The translations under genes and the position numbers were made by a program. Source: a virus (Duplodnaviria; Caudoviricetes). From it: DNA of 26,933 bases. Shown here piece by piece: positions 6,944 through 16,713 of this stretch (the stretch's first letter is position 1; every line of letters starts with the position of its first letter). Location: positions 1-26,933 of IMG/VR virus record IMGVR_UViG_3300026546_000016. One strand, given 5' to 3'. The notes under the pieces are model-generated. The model did not search any database. It had not been told where the DNA came from and saw only the letters and a program-made list of their open reading frames with translations.

Positions 6944-8869
6944 ATGAAAACCATCGTCATTGATACAGAAACAGTAGTAGTTCCTAATGAAAACATATTT
7001 AAACCCAAACAAGTAGTATGTCTTTCCTTAGCTTCTAAAGAATATCCAAATGGTACTTTATATCCCACATTTGAAATAGAGCAGGTTATGAGAGATGTAT
7101 TGACCTCTGACAGTATAATTGTTGGACATAATATATCGTATGATATGAGAGCTTTAAGAAATTCCTTTCCTTCTCTCCAACCTTTAATTGACCAAGCATA
7201 TTCTGAAATGAGAGTAATGGATACCATGATTCAGGCTCGGTTACTTTACATTAGAGAACCGAATAGGTTTAGTGCATCAGATCGTAGGTATTCTCTGGAT
7301 AAACAAGTAGAATACTGGTTAAAGGACAAATCAGTAAACAAAGAAGACGAATGGCGTATGAGATATGGAGAACTATTAAACAAACCTATATCTGAATACC
7401 CAGAAGAAGCTAAAAAATATGCTATCCATGATGCCTATATCACTAGAAGACTTTGGATGAAACTCCAATTAGTTCTAGGACAAAATAAACCTGAACCTGC
7501 TTGTGCTAGAGAAACTACCTTTGACTATTCCCTATCCAATATCTCAGAAAATGGATTAAAGGTGGATAGAATTGAAGTTGAAAGAATAGAAAGGTTCTTA
7601 GAAGAAAGGATTGCTACATTAGAAGAGGAATGTAAACCCCTATTCCATGAAAAAAAGAAGAAAGGTAAATATACAGTCAACCAAAAGGAACTAAAAAGAA
7701 GAGTAGAAGCATCTTATGAAGTCAAAAAAAGTCCATATATGAAAGCAGAAGTACCTAGAACAGACAAAGGAAACATCATCACCAATGAAGAAACCTTAAA
7801 ACAATGTTCAGATCCTCTACTTCAAAAGTATCTGGAATTAAAACAGTACAAAAAGTTAAACTCAACTTATATTGGCAAATTAAATACCAATTATGTCCAT
7901 CCTCGTTACAAAGTATTAGGTGCTGTTACAGGTAGAACATCTTGTTCCAGTCCTAATGTCCAGAATCTTCCAAGAAAGGGAGATATTCGCTCATGTTTTA
8001 TTCCATCAGAACTTGGTAGGGTATTCATAGCTTGCGATTATTCTGCTCAAGAGATGAGGACTCTAGGACAAGTTTTATTGGACAAATTTGGAGTAAGTAG
8101 ATTAGCTAGTAAATTCAAAGAAGATCCTTATTTCGATCCTCATACATTGTTCGCACAAGAGATGGCTGGAAAACAATGGGAAAATATGGACAAAAAAGCA
8201 CGAAAAGAATTAAGACAAAAAGCTAAGATAGCTAATTTCGGTTTTGCTGGAGGTATGGGAGCAACTACATTGGTTAAATATGCAAAAGGATATGGTACTG
8301 AATTAACACAAGAAGAAGCAGAAACATTAAAATACCACTGGTTCAAGACATGGAAAACTATGTCAAAATACTTCAAAGAAGCAAGCAGAGTATCTAAGAT
8401 GTATAAACCTTTTTTACTTCTTAAAAGACAGCAGATGTTTAAAGGATTCAAGAGATTAAAAGAAGGTGGTTATAGATGTTTTACTCAAATAGCTAATGGT
8501 GAATTTCAAGGTCTAGCTAGTGTAGCTTCTAAATATGCAGTACATTTAGTAGATTTAGCTACCAGAGACTCTAAAAGTATCCTATTTAAATGTAAAATTA
8601 GAGCATTCATTCATGATGAAATCATTTTAGAAGGGGACATGGAGAATAGAACTGCTCAAGCTCAAGAATTAAGTAGGTTAATGGTAAAAGCAATGCAAGT
8701 AATGGTTCCTGATGTCCCAGCAGTAGCAGAACCTTCAGCAATGCACAGATGGACAAAAGAAGCAGAAATGGAATATGAAGATGGAGAATTAAAAGTATTT
8801 GGTACTCCATACTATATAGACTCTACATTAGGAGAAAATTATGATGATGTCGATATTTGGGACTTTTAG
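6944..8869 (+). CDS. polA: Family A DNA polymerase with 3'-5' exonuclease (no 5'-3' exonuclease domain)
   Basis: ExoI IDTET, ExoII GHNISYD, ExoIII YAIHD; TGRTSCSSPNVQNLP; motif A DYSAQEMR, motif B RQKAKIANFG, motif C IHDEI. Confidence 0.95.
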   Translation: MKTIVIDTETVVVPNENIFKPKQVVCLSLASKEYPNGTLYPTFEIEQVMRDVLTSDSIIVGHNISYDMRALRNSFPSLQPLIDQAYSEMRVMDTMIQARLLYIREPNRFSASDRRYSLDKQVEYWLKDKSVNKEDEWRMRYGELLNKPISEYPEEAKKYAIHDAYITRRLWMKLQLVLGQNKPEPACARETTFDYSLSNISENGLKVDRIEVERIERFLEERIATLEEECKPLFHEKKKKGKYTVNQKELKRRVEASYEVKKSPYMKAEVPRTDKGNIITNEETLKQCSDPLLQKYLELKQYKKLNSTYIGKLNTNYVHPRYKVLGAVTGRTSCSSPNVQNLPRKGDIRSCFIPSELGRVFIACDYSAQEMRTLGQVLLDKFGVSRLASKFKEDPYFDPHTLFAQEMAGKQWENMDKKARKELRQKAKIANFGFAGGMGATTLVKYAKGYGTELTQEEAETLKYHWFKTWKTMSKYFKEASRVSKMYKPFLLLKRQQMFKGFKRLKEGGYRCFTQIANGEFQGLASVASKYAVHLVDLATRDSKSILFKCKIRAFIHDEIILEGDMENRTAQAQELSRLMVKAMQVMVPDVPAVAEPSAMHRWTKEAEMEYEDGELKVFGTPYYIDSTLGENYDDVDIWDF

Positions 8870-8928
8870 TGAACAAACCTCCCTATTTACCGTATTACTA
8901 GAAGACAACTTAAAAAAAGAGGTGTACA

Positions 8929-9471
8929 ATGAAGATTCAATGTAAAAAATGTAAGCAAATGGTAGAATATACGGGGAAACCAACCTCATATACCTACTTC
9001 AAAGAGAAAAACAAATGGATGTGTAGATCCTGTTTTCTACAAAAGAACGCAGATGAAGCCAAGAAGTTCGCAGAAATGCACAATCTTCCTGACTTAATTG
9101 GTTCTGAAAAAGAAGTTAATTGGGCTAATACCATTAGGAAAGGTTGGATTGAAAAGATAGGAGAAGCAAGTAGGAAATTTGCATCGAAAATTACCCAAGC
9201 ATCTACCTTCATAACATTGAGGGAAGCTAAATCAGTCGATGGAGTCCTTCTTGGATTAAGAAAATCTCCAAAATTACAGGTCTTAGGTGGTTCTGAGAAA
9301 CAAGTAGCGTATGCTAAGAGACTTTATTACCAACTATTGATGGAAGATTTACTAAGAGAAGATGCTGGAGAAGAAATAGAGAATGGAGAAATCCTATTAA
9401 AAGCTCTTAAATGTCAAACAGCTAAAGAAGCAATAGACATTCTGAAAGGACAATCCAATGAGAATCTATAA
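8929..9471 (+). CDS. Hypothetical protein with an N-terminal Zn-ribbon and two GSEK(Q/E)VxxA motifs
   Basis: CKKC…CRSC; LIGSEKEVNWANTIR and LGGSEKQVAYAKRL; GAGGTG SD. Confidence 0.8.
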   Translation: MKIQCKKCKQMVEYTGKPTSYTYFKEKNKWMCRSCFLQKNADEAKKFAEMHNLPDLIGSEKEVNWANTIRKGWIEKIGEASRKFASKITQASTFITLREAKSVDGVLLGLRKSPKLQVLGGSEKQVAYAKRLYYQLLMEDLLREDAGEEIENGEILLKALKCQTAKEAIDILKGQSNENL

Positions 9472-10138
9472 TCTTGGTAGTGGTTCTTCAGGAAATTGCA
9501 CATATTTTAAGTTTGATGGATATGAGTTCTTAGTTGATGTTGGTTTTTCTTACAAGGAAATTAAAAAGAGACTTGCTTCTATTGGAGTAGATATTCTTGA
9601 TATTAAAACTATCTTCATAACACATGGACATTCTGACCATAATAGAGCATTACAGACCTTTAAAAAAAGAAACAAACCTATATCCATTAACCCACCTCAT
9701 ATTGGTAGAGCTTTCTCTTTAAACCACTCGGTTCCATGCAAGGGATTTACCTTTGAAGTTCATGAAATTGAAGATGAAAAGATAGGATATTTAACTGATA
9801 CAGGATATGTACCTCCATTTGCTGTTCATGCTTTGGAGAGATGTTCAATCTTAATAGTCGAAAGTAACCATAATGAGGAGATACTATTTACAAACAAATA
9901 TGCAGAAGATAGTAGAATGCCAGCATCTATTTACGACAATATAGTGTCAAAAAAAGGTCATTTAAGTAACAGACAAGCAGAGGAATTAATATCCTTTGTA
10001 CGACCTAAAATTGTAGCCCTTGCTCATTTATCTGCTCACAACAACAATGAACAGCAGTTAAAGCATAGTGGACATTTAATTCTCCAGCAAAATGAAGTGA
10101 CCAAAATAATAGACACAGAAGAAGAGGAGTCAATCTAA
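9458..10138 (+). CDS. Metallo-beta-lactamase-fold hydrolase, YycJ/WalJ-like (probable nuclease)
   Basis: LGSGSSGN, LVDVG, THGHSDH, TDTG, ESNH, GHLSN and LAHLS..NN motifs. Confidence 0.9.
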   Translation: MRIYNLGSGSSGNCTYFKFDGYEFLVDVGFSYKEIKKRLASIGVDILDIKTIFITHGHSDHNRALQTFKKRNKPISINPPHIGRAFSLNHSVPCKGFTFEVHEIEDEKIGYLTDTGYVPPFAVHALERCSILIVESNHNEEILFTNKYAEDSRMPASIYDNIVSKKGHLSNRQAEELISFVRPKIVALAHLSAHNNNEQQLKHSGHLILQQNEVTKIIDTEEEESI

Positions 10139-10286
10139 AATCTTCTTTCTTTTCCATGAGTTGCCTCACCTTTTTCTTTTATTTCCTACCAATATCTTCA
10201 TAAATCTCTGAAAGCCCCGTAGCTCTAAGGTAATCGTCTTTTCAAAAGTTAAAAAACACCTGCAACTATCTGGAATTAAAGGACAG

Positions 10287-10315
10287 TTGACACATTAAAA
10301 GAATAGGTGTATAAA
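10287..10315 (+). promoter_or_regulatory. Sigma-70-type promoter for the packaging/morphogenesis operon
   Basis: TTGACA (10287-10292)-N17-TATAAA (10310-10315). Confidence 0.65.
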
Positions 10316-10413
10316 AAATAGAACATAAAGTATTGAAATTAAAAACCAAAGATGGTCTTAATTGAACCATTTTGTAACAGTTAGCGTCTTAATATAAAGA
10401 GGAGGAGAATAAG

Positions 10414-10824
10414 ATGGCAAGAGTAAAAAATCCATTAAAAAAGAGTCAGAAATGGACTGCTAAGAAGAAGAGAGAACTGGAAGCTCAATTAGTAGAGCTT
10501 GAGGACAAAGAAATAGCAAAGGTTTCAAAAGTTCATGCTGAATTAAGAAAAATTAAGAGAAGTGAAGGTAAATTAAAACCTAAACATTTACTAGATAAAG
10601 TCTTGGAAGTTCTTTTCATTCATGTTGGAAGAATGGGAGAATTAGATGCTAGTGCTACTATTAAAACATCTGTTGAAATTGTAAAAGCACTTGGAGCAGT
10701 AGTAAACAAATTCCCAGAAATGCAGGATGATATTCTTAATGATTCTGAGGATGAAAGTAAAGGGTTGGTTCTTGTGATGAATAAGGTTAAAGATATTAAA
10801 GATGCGAAGAAAAAGGCAAACTAA
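10414..10824 (+). CDS. Putative terminase small subunit
   Basis: Directly upstream of terL; size and basic helical character fit; GAGGAG SD. The function is inferred from position. Confidence 0.55.
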   Translation: MARVKNPLKKSQKWTAKKKRELEAQLVELEDKEIAKVSKVHAELRKIKRSEGKLKPKHLLDKVLEVLFIHVGRMGELDASATIKTSVEIVKALGAVVNKFPEMQDDILNDSEDESKGLVLVMNKVKDIKDAKKKAN

Positions 10825-10840
10825 ATAGCAAGGTAAACCA

Positions 10841-12130
10841 ATGGAAATTCAACTAAATCCTCCTCAGACTAGATTTGTAGAAGCATTAGAACATCATAAA
10901 TATATCCTATTTGGAGCAGGAGTAGGTACGGGGAAGACATTTTTACTTTGTCTAATGGCAGTATATTTAGCTCAAAGAAATGCAGGACACGCTGGACTAA
11001 TAGCAAGTCATCGCTATAACCATCTCCAAGTTGAATTAATTCCAACATTAACTAAGCTATTAAAACAAGCTGGACTATTTAAAAAACATCTGATTCAGAA
11101 GAGGGTATTTGAATTAAAGAATGGGTCAATAATCCAGTATGGGTCTGCTGACAATGATGCTTCTCTTGAAGGAAGAAATGTTGCGTGGGCTTTAGGAGAT
11201 GAGATGAGATTCTGGAGTAGAAGAGCTTATGAGTTCTTCTTAGCTAGAATGAGAGTAAAAGATGCTCCATTTAGTAGATTCTGTGGATTTTCAACATTAG
11301 AAACAAATTGGTTGGAAGATGAATGGCGAGATAATCCTAAAAGGCACGTAATATATGCAACAACTTACGAGAATGCTATTAACTTAGCATCTGACTATAT
11401 AGAGAATCTGGAAGTAACTTTAAGTACTCAAATGTTTCAACTATATGTTATGGCAAAATGGGTATCTGGATCTGATGTTGTTTATTCTGATTTCGATGAA
11501 AAAGTAACTATTGAAAAAGATCTATACCAACCTCACCACCCTATCATTCATGGAGTGGACTTTGGTCTTAAAGCTCCAGCTTGGTTAATGGCACAGTACT
11601 TTGATGTTTGTCCTATTCATGGTACAAAAGGTTGTCTCCATATCATTGATGAAGTAATGCTTGATGATACTAGATTACCTAATGTAGTTAAGGAAGTTCA
11701 AAGAAAGACTGCTATGTACCATTATTCCGATTCTAAGGATTTATATTGCGATCCTGCTGGTGTTAGAAGAGATCCTGTATTTGGAGGTTCAGAAGCTAGT
11801 TTTCTTCAGTCTAGCGATGGTGGAGGATATTCAGTTTACTACAGAACTTCATCTAATACTCGTAGCATCTCTGTAGGTTTGAATATTGTTGCTTCAAGAT
11901 TAATGAATGCTAAAGGTGAGAGAAGACTTTATATTGACGAAAGATTAGCTAAACAAGGGAATAAAAGTAGAGGTATTGTAAGAGCTTTTAAAAACTATAG
12001 ATGGACTGAAAGAAAAGAAGGTAAAGCTGTACCAAAAGAACCTATCCATGATGAATTTAGTCATGTGATGGATGCTCTCAGATATATATGTGTTAATCTA
12101 TTCCCGAATACAGCAGGTATGGTAGCCTAG
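10841..12130 (+). CDS. terL: Terminase large subunit
   Basis: Q-motif LNPPQ, Walker A GAGVGTGKT, Walker B ALGDE; nuclease motifs GVDFG, YCDPAG and DEFSHVMDALRY. Confidence 0.95.
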   Translation: MEIQLNPPQTRFVEALEHHKYILFGAGVGTGKTFLLCLMAVYLAQRNAGHAGLIASHRYNHLQVELIPTLTKLLKQAGLFKKHLIQKRVFELKNGSIIQYGSADNDASLEGRNVAWALGDEMRFWSRRAYEFFLARMRVKDAPFSRFCGFSTLETNWLEDEWRDNPKRHVIYATTYENAINLASDYIENLEVTLSTQMFQLYVMAKWVSGSDVVYSDFDEKVTIEKDLYQPHHPIIHGVDFGLKAPAWLMAQYFDVCPIHGTKGCLHIIDEVMLDDTRLPNVVKEVQRKTAMYHYSDSKDLYCDPAGVRRDPVFGGSEASFLQSSDGGGYSVYYRTSSNTRSISVGLNIVASRLMNAKGERRLYIDERLAKQGNKSRGIVRAFKNYRWTERKEGKAVPKEPIHDEFSHVMDALRYICVNLFPNTAGMVA

Positions 12131-12144
12131 CTTTGGAGAAGAAA

Positions 12145-12432
12145 ATGGTAAAAAACAAACTTAGTGAACATAAGATTCGTAGATATATGGAAGAAGGATT
12201 AGACTATGAACAAATTGCAATTAAAGAAAGAATGAATACTCTTACTGTTAAAAGTAGAATGAGAGATCTTAATATAAAATATCTACGTTGCGATTTATGT
12301 AACAACTATATACCATTTGAAGAATTACATGGAAATATCCCAAAACATAGAGTGGAAGAGGCTAGAATAGTTTTCCATTTCTGTTCTGAACAACATAAAG
12401 AAGATTGGTTAAGAGGAGACTCACATGATTGA
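12145..12432 (+). CDS. Small protein with an HTH-like N-terminus and a TRASH/YHS-like Cys motif
   Basis: ATG 12145 after GGAG; GLDYEQIAIKERMNTLTVKSRM (HTH-like); CDLC…FHFCSEQH. Confidence 0.65.
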   Translation: MVKNKLSEHKIRRYMEEGLDYEQIAIKERMNTLTVKSRMRDLNIKYLRCDLCNNYIPFEELHGNIPKHRVEEARIVFHFCSEQHKEDWLRGDSHD

Positions 12433-13852
12433 AATCTTAAAACAACTCAAAAATGCTATTGGTCGAGATAAGGAAAGACATCTTTATATAGAGAATGTCT
12501 GGAATGTTTATTCTGGTAGCTGGGAGGATTCATCATTGACTACTCCTACACTTAGATCTGGGAAACCATCAAAATCCTTAATTATGAAGGAATTAGAGAA
12601 AAGATTTCCAGTGACATGGAAGAAATTAGCCAGAAATGCAGATACTTCCATAAATCTTCTTAGATGGGCTTCTTCTAAGGTAGGAAATATCTATGATGTA
12701 CCTACTACAAGATTAGTAAATGACGAAGAAGTACCTCAATATGACACTGCAATTCTCCAACAAACTTTAAGTCAATTAGTTCCTCTATCTTATGCTTTAA
12801 GAAATATGTTTATTCGTCCAATGGTTGTTGAAGGTGAAATCCTTTATGACGTAATTAGACCTGACCAAGCTACTGTACTTCCAGATCCATTGAATCCAAG
12901 AAAATTACTTGCAATAGCATATAAGGTTGGAACTAGATATGTTGTTTGGACTAAAGAGAATCATTGGGTCTTTGGATCTCAAGATTTCAACAATCCTATC
13001 TTAAACCCTGAGAACCCAAATAATGTAAATCCTTATGGAATTGTTCCAGTTGTTAGTGTTCCTAATGATTTCCCTATTGGATCGTTCTGGGATACATTTG
13101 GAAGCAATGAACTCTATACATCTTCTATTGAAACTGCTATTGCATTAACAGATTTAAGAAGACTCCAACAAGTAGCATCCCATAAACAGCCATATCTCAA
13201 AGGAGATCCAGATAAGGACTTTGACAGATTTGCTATATTAGACCCTGCTAACCCTATCATATTAAGAGGGAAGGAAGCTACAGCAGGTGTATTAGATCTT
13301 AAAGCAGACTTACAACAAGGAATGTCAACCATATTAAAAATAGCTGGAGCAGTCCTATCTTTTATGGGATTTAATCCTAAGATAGTTACTGGAGAATCTG
13401 CATCACCTCAATCAGGTTTTGCTATATTACTCCAAAATGCTGATTTAGAAGCGGTTAGAGACAAATTAAGAACAACATGGACTCTACATGAGCAATCTCT
13501 ATACAGTGTTACTAGACAGGTAGTTGAAGTTGAAAGGTTACACCCAGAAAATAGTAGTTTAGAATCATTACCTGAAGGACAAATTACTACACTTTTTGGA
13601 GATACCTCAAATCCTCTATCTCCTCAAGAAGAAAAAGATTACTGGCATTCAAGATTACAAGGTGGTACTACTACATTAGTAGATGTTTTAATGGAACTTG
13701 ATGGACTTTCTAAAGAATCTGCTGAAGAGAAAGCATTGGAAATTGAGGAATATAAAAATAGAAGTGCTGTAACAAGTACATTCTTTCCACCTCCAATGGA
13801 AGAAACTGAAGAAACAATAGAAGAACCTGAAGTAAATGAAGAGGATATATAA
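12425..13852 (+). CDS. Portal protein
   Basis: 475 aa after terL; NPYGIVPVV and SGFAI motifs typical of SPP1-like portals; acidic C-terminal tail. Confidence 0.85.
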   Translation: MIEILKQLKNAIGRDKERHLYIENVWNVYSGSWEDSSLTTPTLRSGKPSKSLIMKELEKRFPVTWKKLARNADTSINLLRWASSKVGNIYDVPTTRLVNDEEVPQYDTAILQQTLSQLVPLSYALRNMFIRPMVVEGEILYDVIRPDQATVLPDPLNPRKLLAIAYKVGTRYVVWTKENHWVFGSQDFNNPILNPENPNNVNPYGIVPVVSVPNDFPIGSFWDTFGSNELYTSSIETAIALTDLRRLQQVASHKQPYLKGDPDKDFDRFAILDPANPIILRGKEATAGVLDLKADLQQGMSTILKIAGAVLSFMGFNPKIVTGESASPQSGFAILLQNADLEAVRDKLRTTWTLHEQSLYSVTRQVVEVERLHPENSSLESLPEGQITTLFGDTSNPLSPQEEKDYWHSRLQGGTTTLVDVLMELDGLSKESAEEKALEIEEYKNRSAVTSTFFPPPMEETEETIEEPEVNEEDI

Positions 13853-14620
13853 ATGTCTCACTTAGATTCTTTACTAAAAAAATATGCAACAGTTTTACCA
13901 AATGTTCAAAAGATCCTATTTGACTATTTAAAAAGTAAGAGAGATCCTGTAACTAAATTGTTACCTCCAATCTCTTCTAATGAACTACTGACTGTATTAA
14001 ATAGTGCTGGACTCCAACAAATCCAAGATCCTGAATTACTGCATGAACTATATACATCATCTGTTTCATCTGTATTAAATGAGGTAGCTTCATTGACAGA
14101 TTTGAATATATCGTTAATATCTCCTGAAACAGTAAAACTATCTGTTGAAGGAACTCAAGTACAAATGGCTAGTATATCTCAAAGAGCTTTGTCTAACATA
14201 GGTTCTATTGTTCAAGAATCTGCTCTTATTCCAATGTCTTTAAATACAATGGCTGAGAAATTAAAAACAGAAACCAATGTTATGTTAGGACAAGCCAAAA
14301 CATTAGTGAATACTGGATTAGCTCAAGTTCAAAGGAAATCATTGGTGTCTCAAGCACAGGAAGATTCCTTGTTTCTATATGAAGGAGCAAATGATAGTGC
14401 AACTAGACCATTTTGTAAAGCTATTGTTGGAAAAGTATTTACAAAAAAACAAATAGCAAAACTGAACAACAAACAAGGCTTGGGCGTATTACTAAATGGA
14501 GGTGGGTATAATTGCAGACATAGATGGCTCCCAGTCTCAAAAGAATATGTCAAATCTAATGGATTGGTTTTAGCATCAGAAACTGATGTATTAAAAGCTA
14601 ATTCAGAGGCTACAAGATGA
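13853..14620 (+). CDS. Minor head / head morphogenesis protein
   Basis: C-terminal D..TRPFC…GGYNCRH.W motif; follows the portal. Confidence 0.8.
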   Translation: MSHLDSLLKKYATVLPNVQKILFDYLKSKRDPVTKLLPPISSNELLTVLNSAGLQQIQDPELLHELYTSSVSSVLNEVASLTDLNISLISPETVKLSVEGTQVQMASISQRALSNIGSIVQESALIPMSLNTMAEKLKTETNVMLGQAKTLVNTGLAQVQRKSLVSQAQEDSLFLYEGANDSATRPFCKAIVGKVFTKKQIAKLNNKQGLGVLLNGGGYNCRHRWLPVSKEYVKSNGLVLASETDVLKANSEATR

Positions 14621-15033
14621 AATTAAAATTAACATTAACAGCAGAAGAACAAGAGAGAGTCTCCAAGTTGTTAAATAAAGAACTTGCTGAACTCAATAAA
14701 AAGTTAGCTCTTGCTCAATTAGCTAATATCCAAAGAAGAGTATCTCAAGGTCTGGGATTAGATGGTAAAATGAAACCATATTCAAAATCCTATTCCAAAA
14801 TAAAAAAAGAAGCTGGTAGAAGAGTTAATGTTAGAAACCTAGAATTTACTGGAAGAATGCTTTCAGATATGGGTATTTCAGAGATAGACGATGGAGTATA
14901 TGTAATTCATTTTTTAACAGCCCAACAACGATTAAAAGCACTTTCCAATCAGATGAGAGAAGCATGGTTTGGAATCACTGATGAAGAAAGAAATATGTTA
15001 ATGAAACTAGCTAAGAAAGAGGTAGAAAAATGA
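14617..15033 (+). CDS. Virion morphogenesis protein (neck/tail-completion-like)
   Basis: KPYSKSY.K.K…NL.FTGRML and R.WFGI motifs; ATGA overlaps on both sides. Confidence 0.65.
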   Translation: MKLKLTLTAEEQERVSKLLNKELAELNKKLALAQLANIQRRVSQGLGLDGKMKPYSKSYSKIKKEAGRRVNVRNLEFTGRMLSDMGISEIDDGVYVIHFLTAQQRLKALSNQMREAWFGITDEERNMLMKLAKKEVEK

Positions 15034-15575
15034 CCACAGAAAACAATGGACAACAAGAGCAACAAGAAAACAAAGAAACACCAGAGACCAAAGAAGGTCA
15101 ACAAGAGCAACAAGATACTCAAGAAACACCAGAAACTAATCCTGAAGTTGAAGGTTTAAAGAAACAAATCGAAGATCTCCAATCTCAGCTAACTAAAGCT
15201 AATGAGCAACTTGCTGGATTTACTTCAGAAGCTGAATCGCAAGAGAATAAAAGTAAAGAACTTGAAGCTCTTTTGGAAGCAGAAAAGAAAAGAGTAGAAG
15301 AATTACAAAAAAACGCACTAGAAACCACCTCCCAACGTATTACAGAGATGTTAGATGGTGCAGATAAGAAAATCATTGAAGCATTAAGTCAATTCGATGA
15401 TGACCCTGAAAAGAAATTAGAACACCTTTTACTCATTAGAGAGTATGGGTTACTTAAAAAAGAAGCTCCACCTAGTACATCTAATGATAGGGCTTCTGGT
15501 GATGAAAATAACAAACAGCCCATTTTGTCTTTTTCAGAACTTCAAAAAGCTGAAACTAATGGGGCTTACAAATAG
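15030..15575 (+). CDS. Capsid scaffolding protein
   Basis: Acidic low-complexity N-terminus and coiled coil; directly upstream of the major capsid gene. Confidence 0.75.
   Translation: MTTENNGQQEQQENKETPETKEGQQEQQDTQETPETNPEVEGLKKQIEDLQSQLTKANEQLAGFTSEAESQENKSKELEALLEAEKKRVEELQKNALETTSQRITEMLDGADKKIIEALSQFDDDPEKKLEHLLLIREYGLLKKEAPPSTSNDRASGDENNKQPILSFSELQKAETNGAYK
15048..15137 (+). repeat. In-frame tandem duplication with a 48-bp period (GQQEQQxxxETPET x2)
   Basis: Copies start at 15048 and 15096. Confidence 0.8.
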
Positions 15576-15588
15576 GAGAATATAACAG

Positions 15589-16608
15589 ATGGCTATTCAA
15601 GAACTTAACTCGGCATTCCAAAGAGATATTGGTCAGATTGTCGTTAGTGCTATAAAAAGACAAGGTGTTGGTAATGAACTCGGCTTGAAAAATAGTTGGT
15701 TAGGATTACTTGGATCTTTTAACAGAATCGAATTTATGCCTTTTGCTCCATCTAAGATGGCAGAAAAAATGGTAGTTCCTTATGCTTCAGCAGGCACAGC
15801 AGAGTACTATGATTTGGATTCTGCACCCCAAGCCGCTGGAAATGAGTCTGTAAAGACCGCTAATATTGCTTTTGCAAGTGCAAGAGATGTTATGCGTATC
15901 CGTAATTTCGATGAAGCCGCTCTTAAATCTGAAGTTACATTAGTTAATGAAGGACTTCTTGGACATAATACAAAAGAAGCAATGAAAAACATTGTAGATA
16001 TTATGGAAAAAGGTCTTAGAGACGGTCTTGGTGTAGGAAGCGACCCTTACGGTATGGCATTTTGGGTAAACAACTCCAGTGTTTATGGTAATATCGACCA
16101 AGCTGTTGATACTTGGTCACAAGCTACTCTCATTAATGCAGGTGGATCTGCTTTGAGCTTGAAACATCTTCGTGAAGCAGTTGAAGGTGTTGTTGATGCT
16201 AATGGTGGAGAAGTTCAAGTAATTGTCTCCAGTGCAAGACAACGCAATAAATATCGTGAATTAATTGGGTCAAAAACTACAAACAACAATATGAAAATTG
16301 GTGATGCTGAATATAGTGTTGAATTTTACGATGACATCCCTTGGGTTGTTATTCCAAAAATGACTAATTCTGTAGTTTATGGTCTCAATATGGAAACTTT
16401 TGTAATGAAGATTCTCCTTCAAAAAGCTCCTGATGGTTCTCTTCCTCAGCTTTCTAATATCGAACAAGCTGGTCTTCCATTTGCTATGCGTTATCTTGGA
16501 AATGTAAATGACGATGCTAGATATGCTATTACCAATTACCATCAATTAGTCTGTAGAAAACCTTGGCAGAACTTCAAGATCTATGGTCTTTCCACTTCAC
16601 TTTCTTAA
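15589..16608 (+). CDS. Major capsid protein (HK97 fold inferred)
   Basis: 339 aa after the scaffold, AGGAG SD, followed by a terminator. Confidence 0.8.
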   Translation: MAIQELNSAFQRDIGQIVVSAIKRQGVGNELGLKNSWLGLLGSFNRIEFMPFAPSKMAEKMVVPYASAGTAEYYDLDSAPQAAGNESVKTANIAFASARDVMRIRNFDEAALKSEVTLVNEGLLGHNTKEAMKNIVDIMEKGLRDGLGVGSDPYGMAFWVNNSSVYGNIDQAVDTWSQATLINAGGSALSLKHLREAVEGVVDANGGEVQVIVSSARQRNKYRELIGSKTTNNNMKIGDAEYSVEFYDDIPWVVIPKMTNSVVYGLNMETFVMKILLQKAPDGSLPQLSNIEQAGLPFAMRYLGNVNDDARYAITNYHQLVCRKPWQNFKIYGLSTSLS

Positions 16609-16647
16609 TCTGTTCTTTTTTTGCCTTTTTCTTGGACAGATGAGATT

Positions 16648-16684
16648 AACCTTGCCCTCTTCGGAGGGTTTGGGTTTTTCTTTT
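16648..16684 (+). terminator. Rho-independent terminator after the capsid gene
   Basis: AACCTTGCCCTC-TTCG-GAGGGTTTGGGTT (C-UUCG-G loop) followed by a T-rich run. Confidence 0.8.
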
Positions 16685-16713
16685 AATTTATGTTTTTTTA
16701 GAGGAAATATATT

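Noticed and set aside
4255-8810. Minus-strand ORFs inside the primase and polymerase (4255, 5083, 5737, 6178, 6922, 8140, 8622)
   Set aside because: Antisense shadows of well-supported genes; Ser/Phe/Leu-rich with no motifs.
9458-10138. MBL-fold gene as an antibiotic-resistance beta-lactamase
   Set aside because: No signal peptide; the motifs and replication context fit a YycJ-like nuclease.
10005-10157. Minus-strand ~50-codon ORF with a GAGG SD overlapping the 3' end of the MBL gene
   Set aside because: Mostly antisense to a conserved gene, with no recognisable motif.
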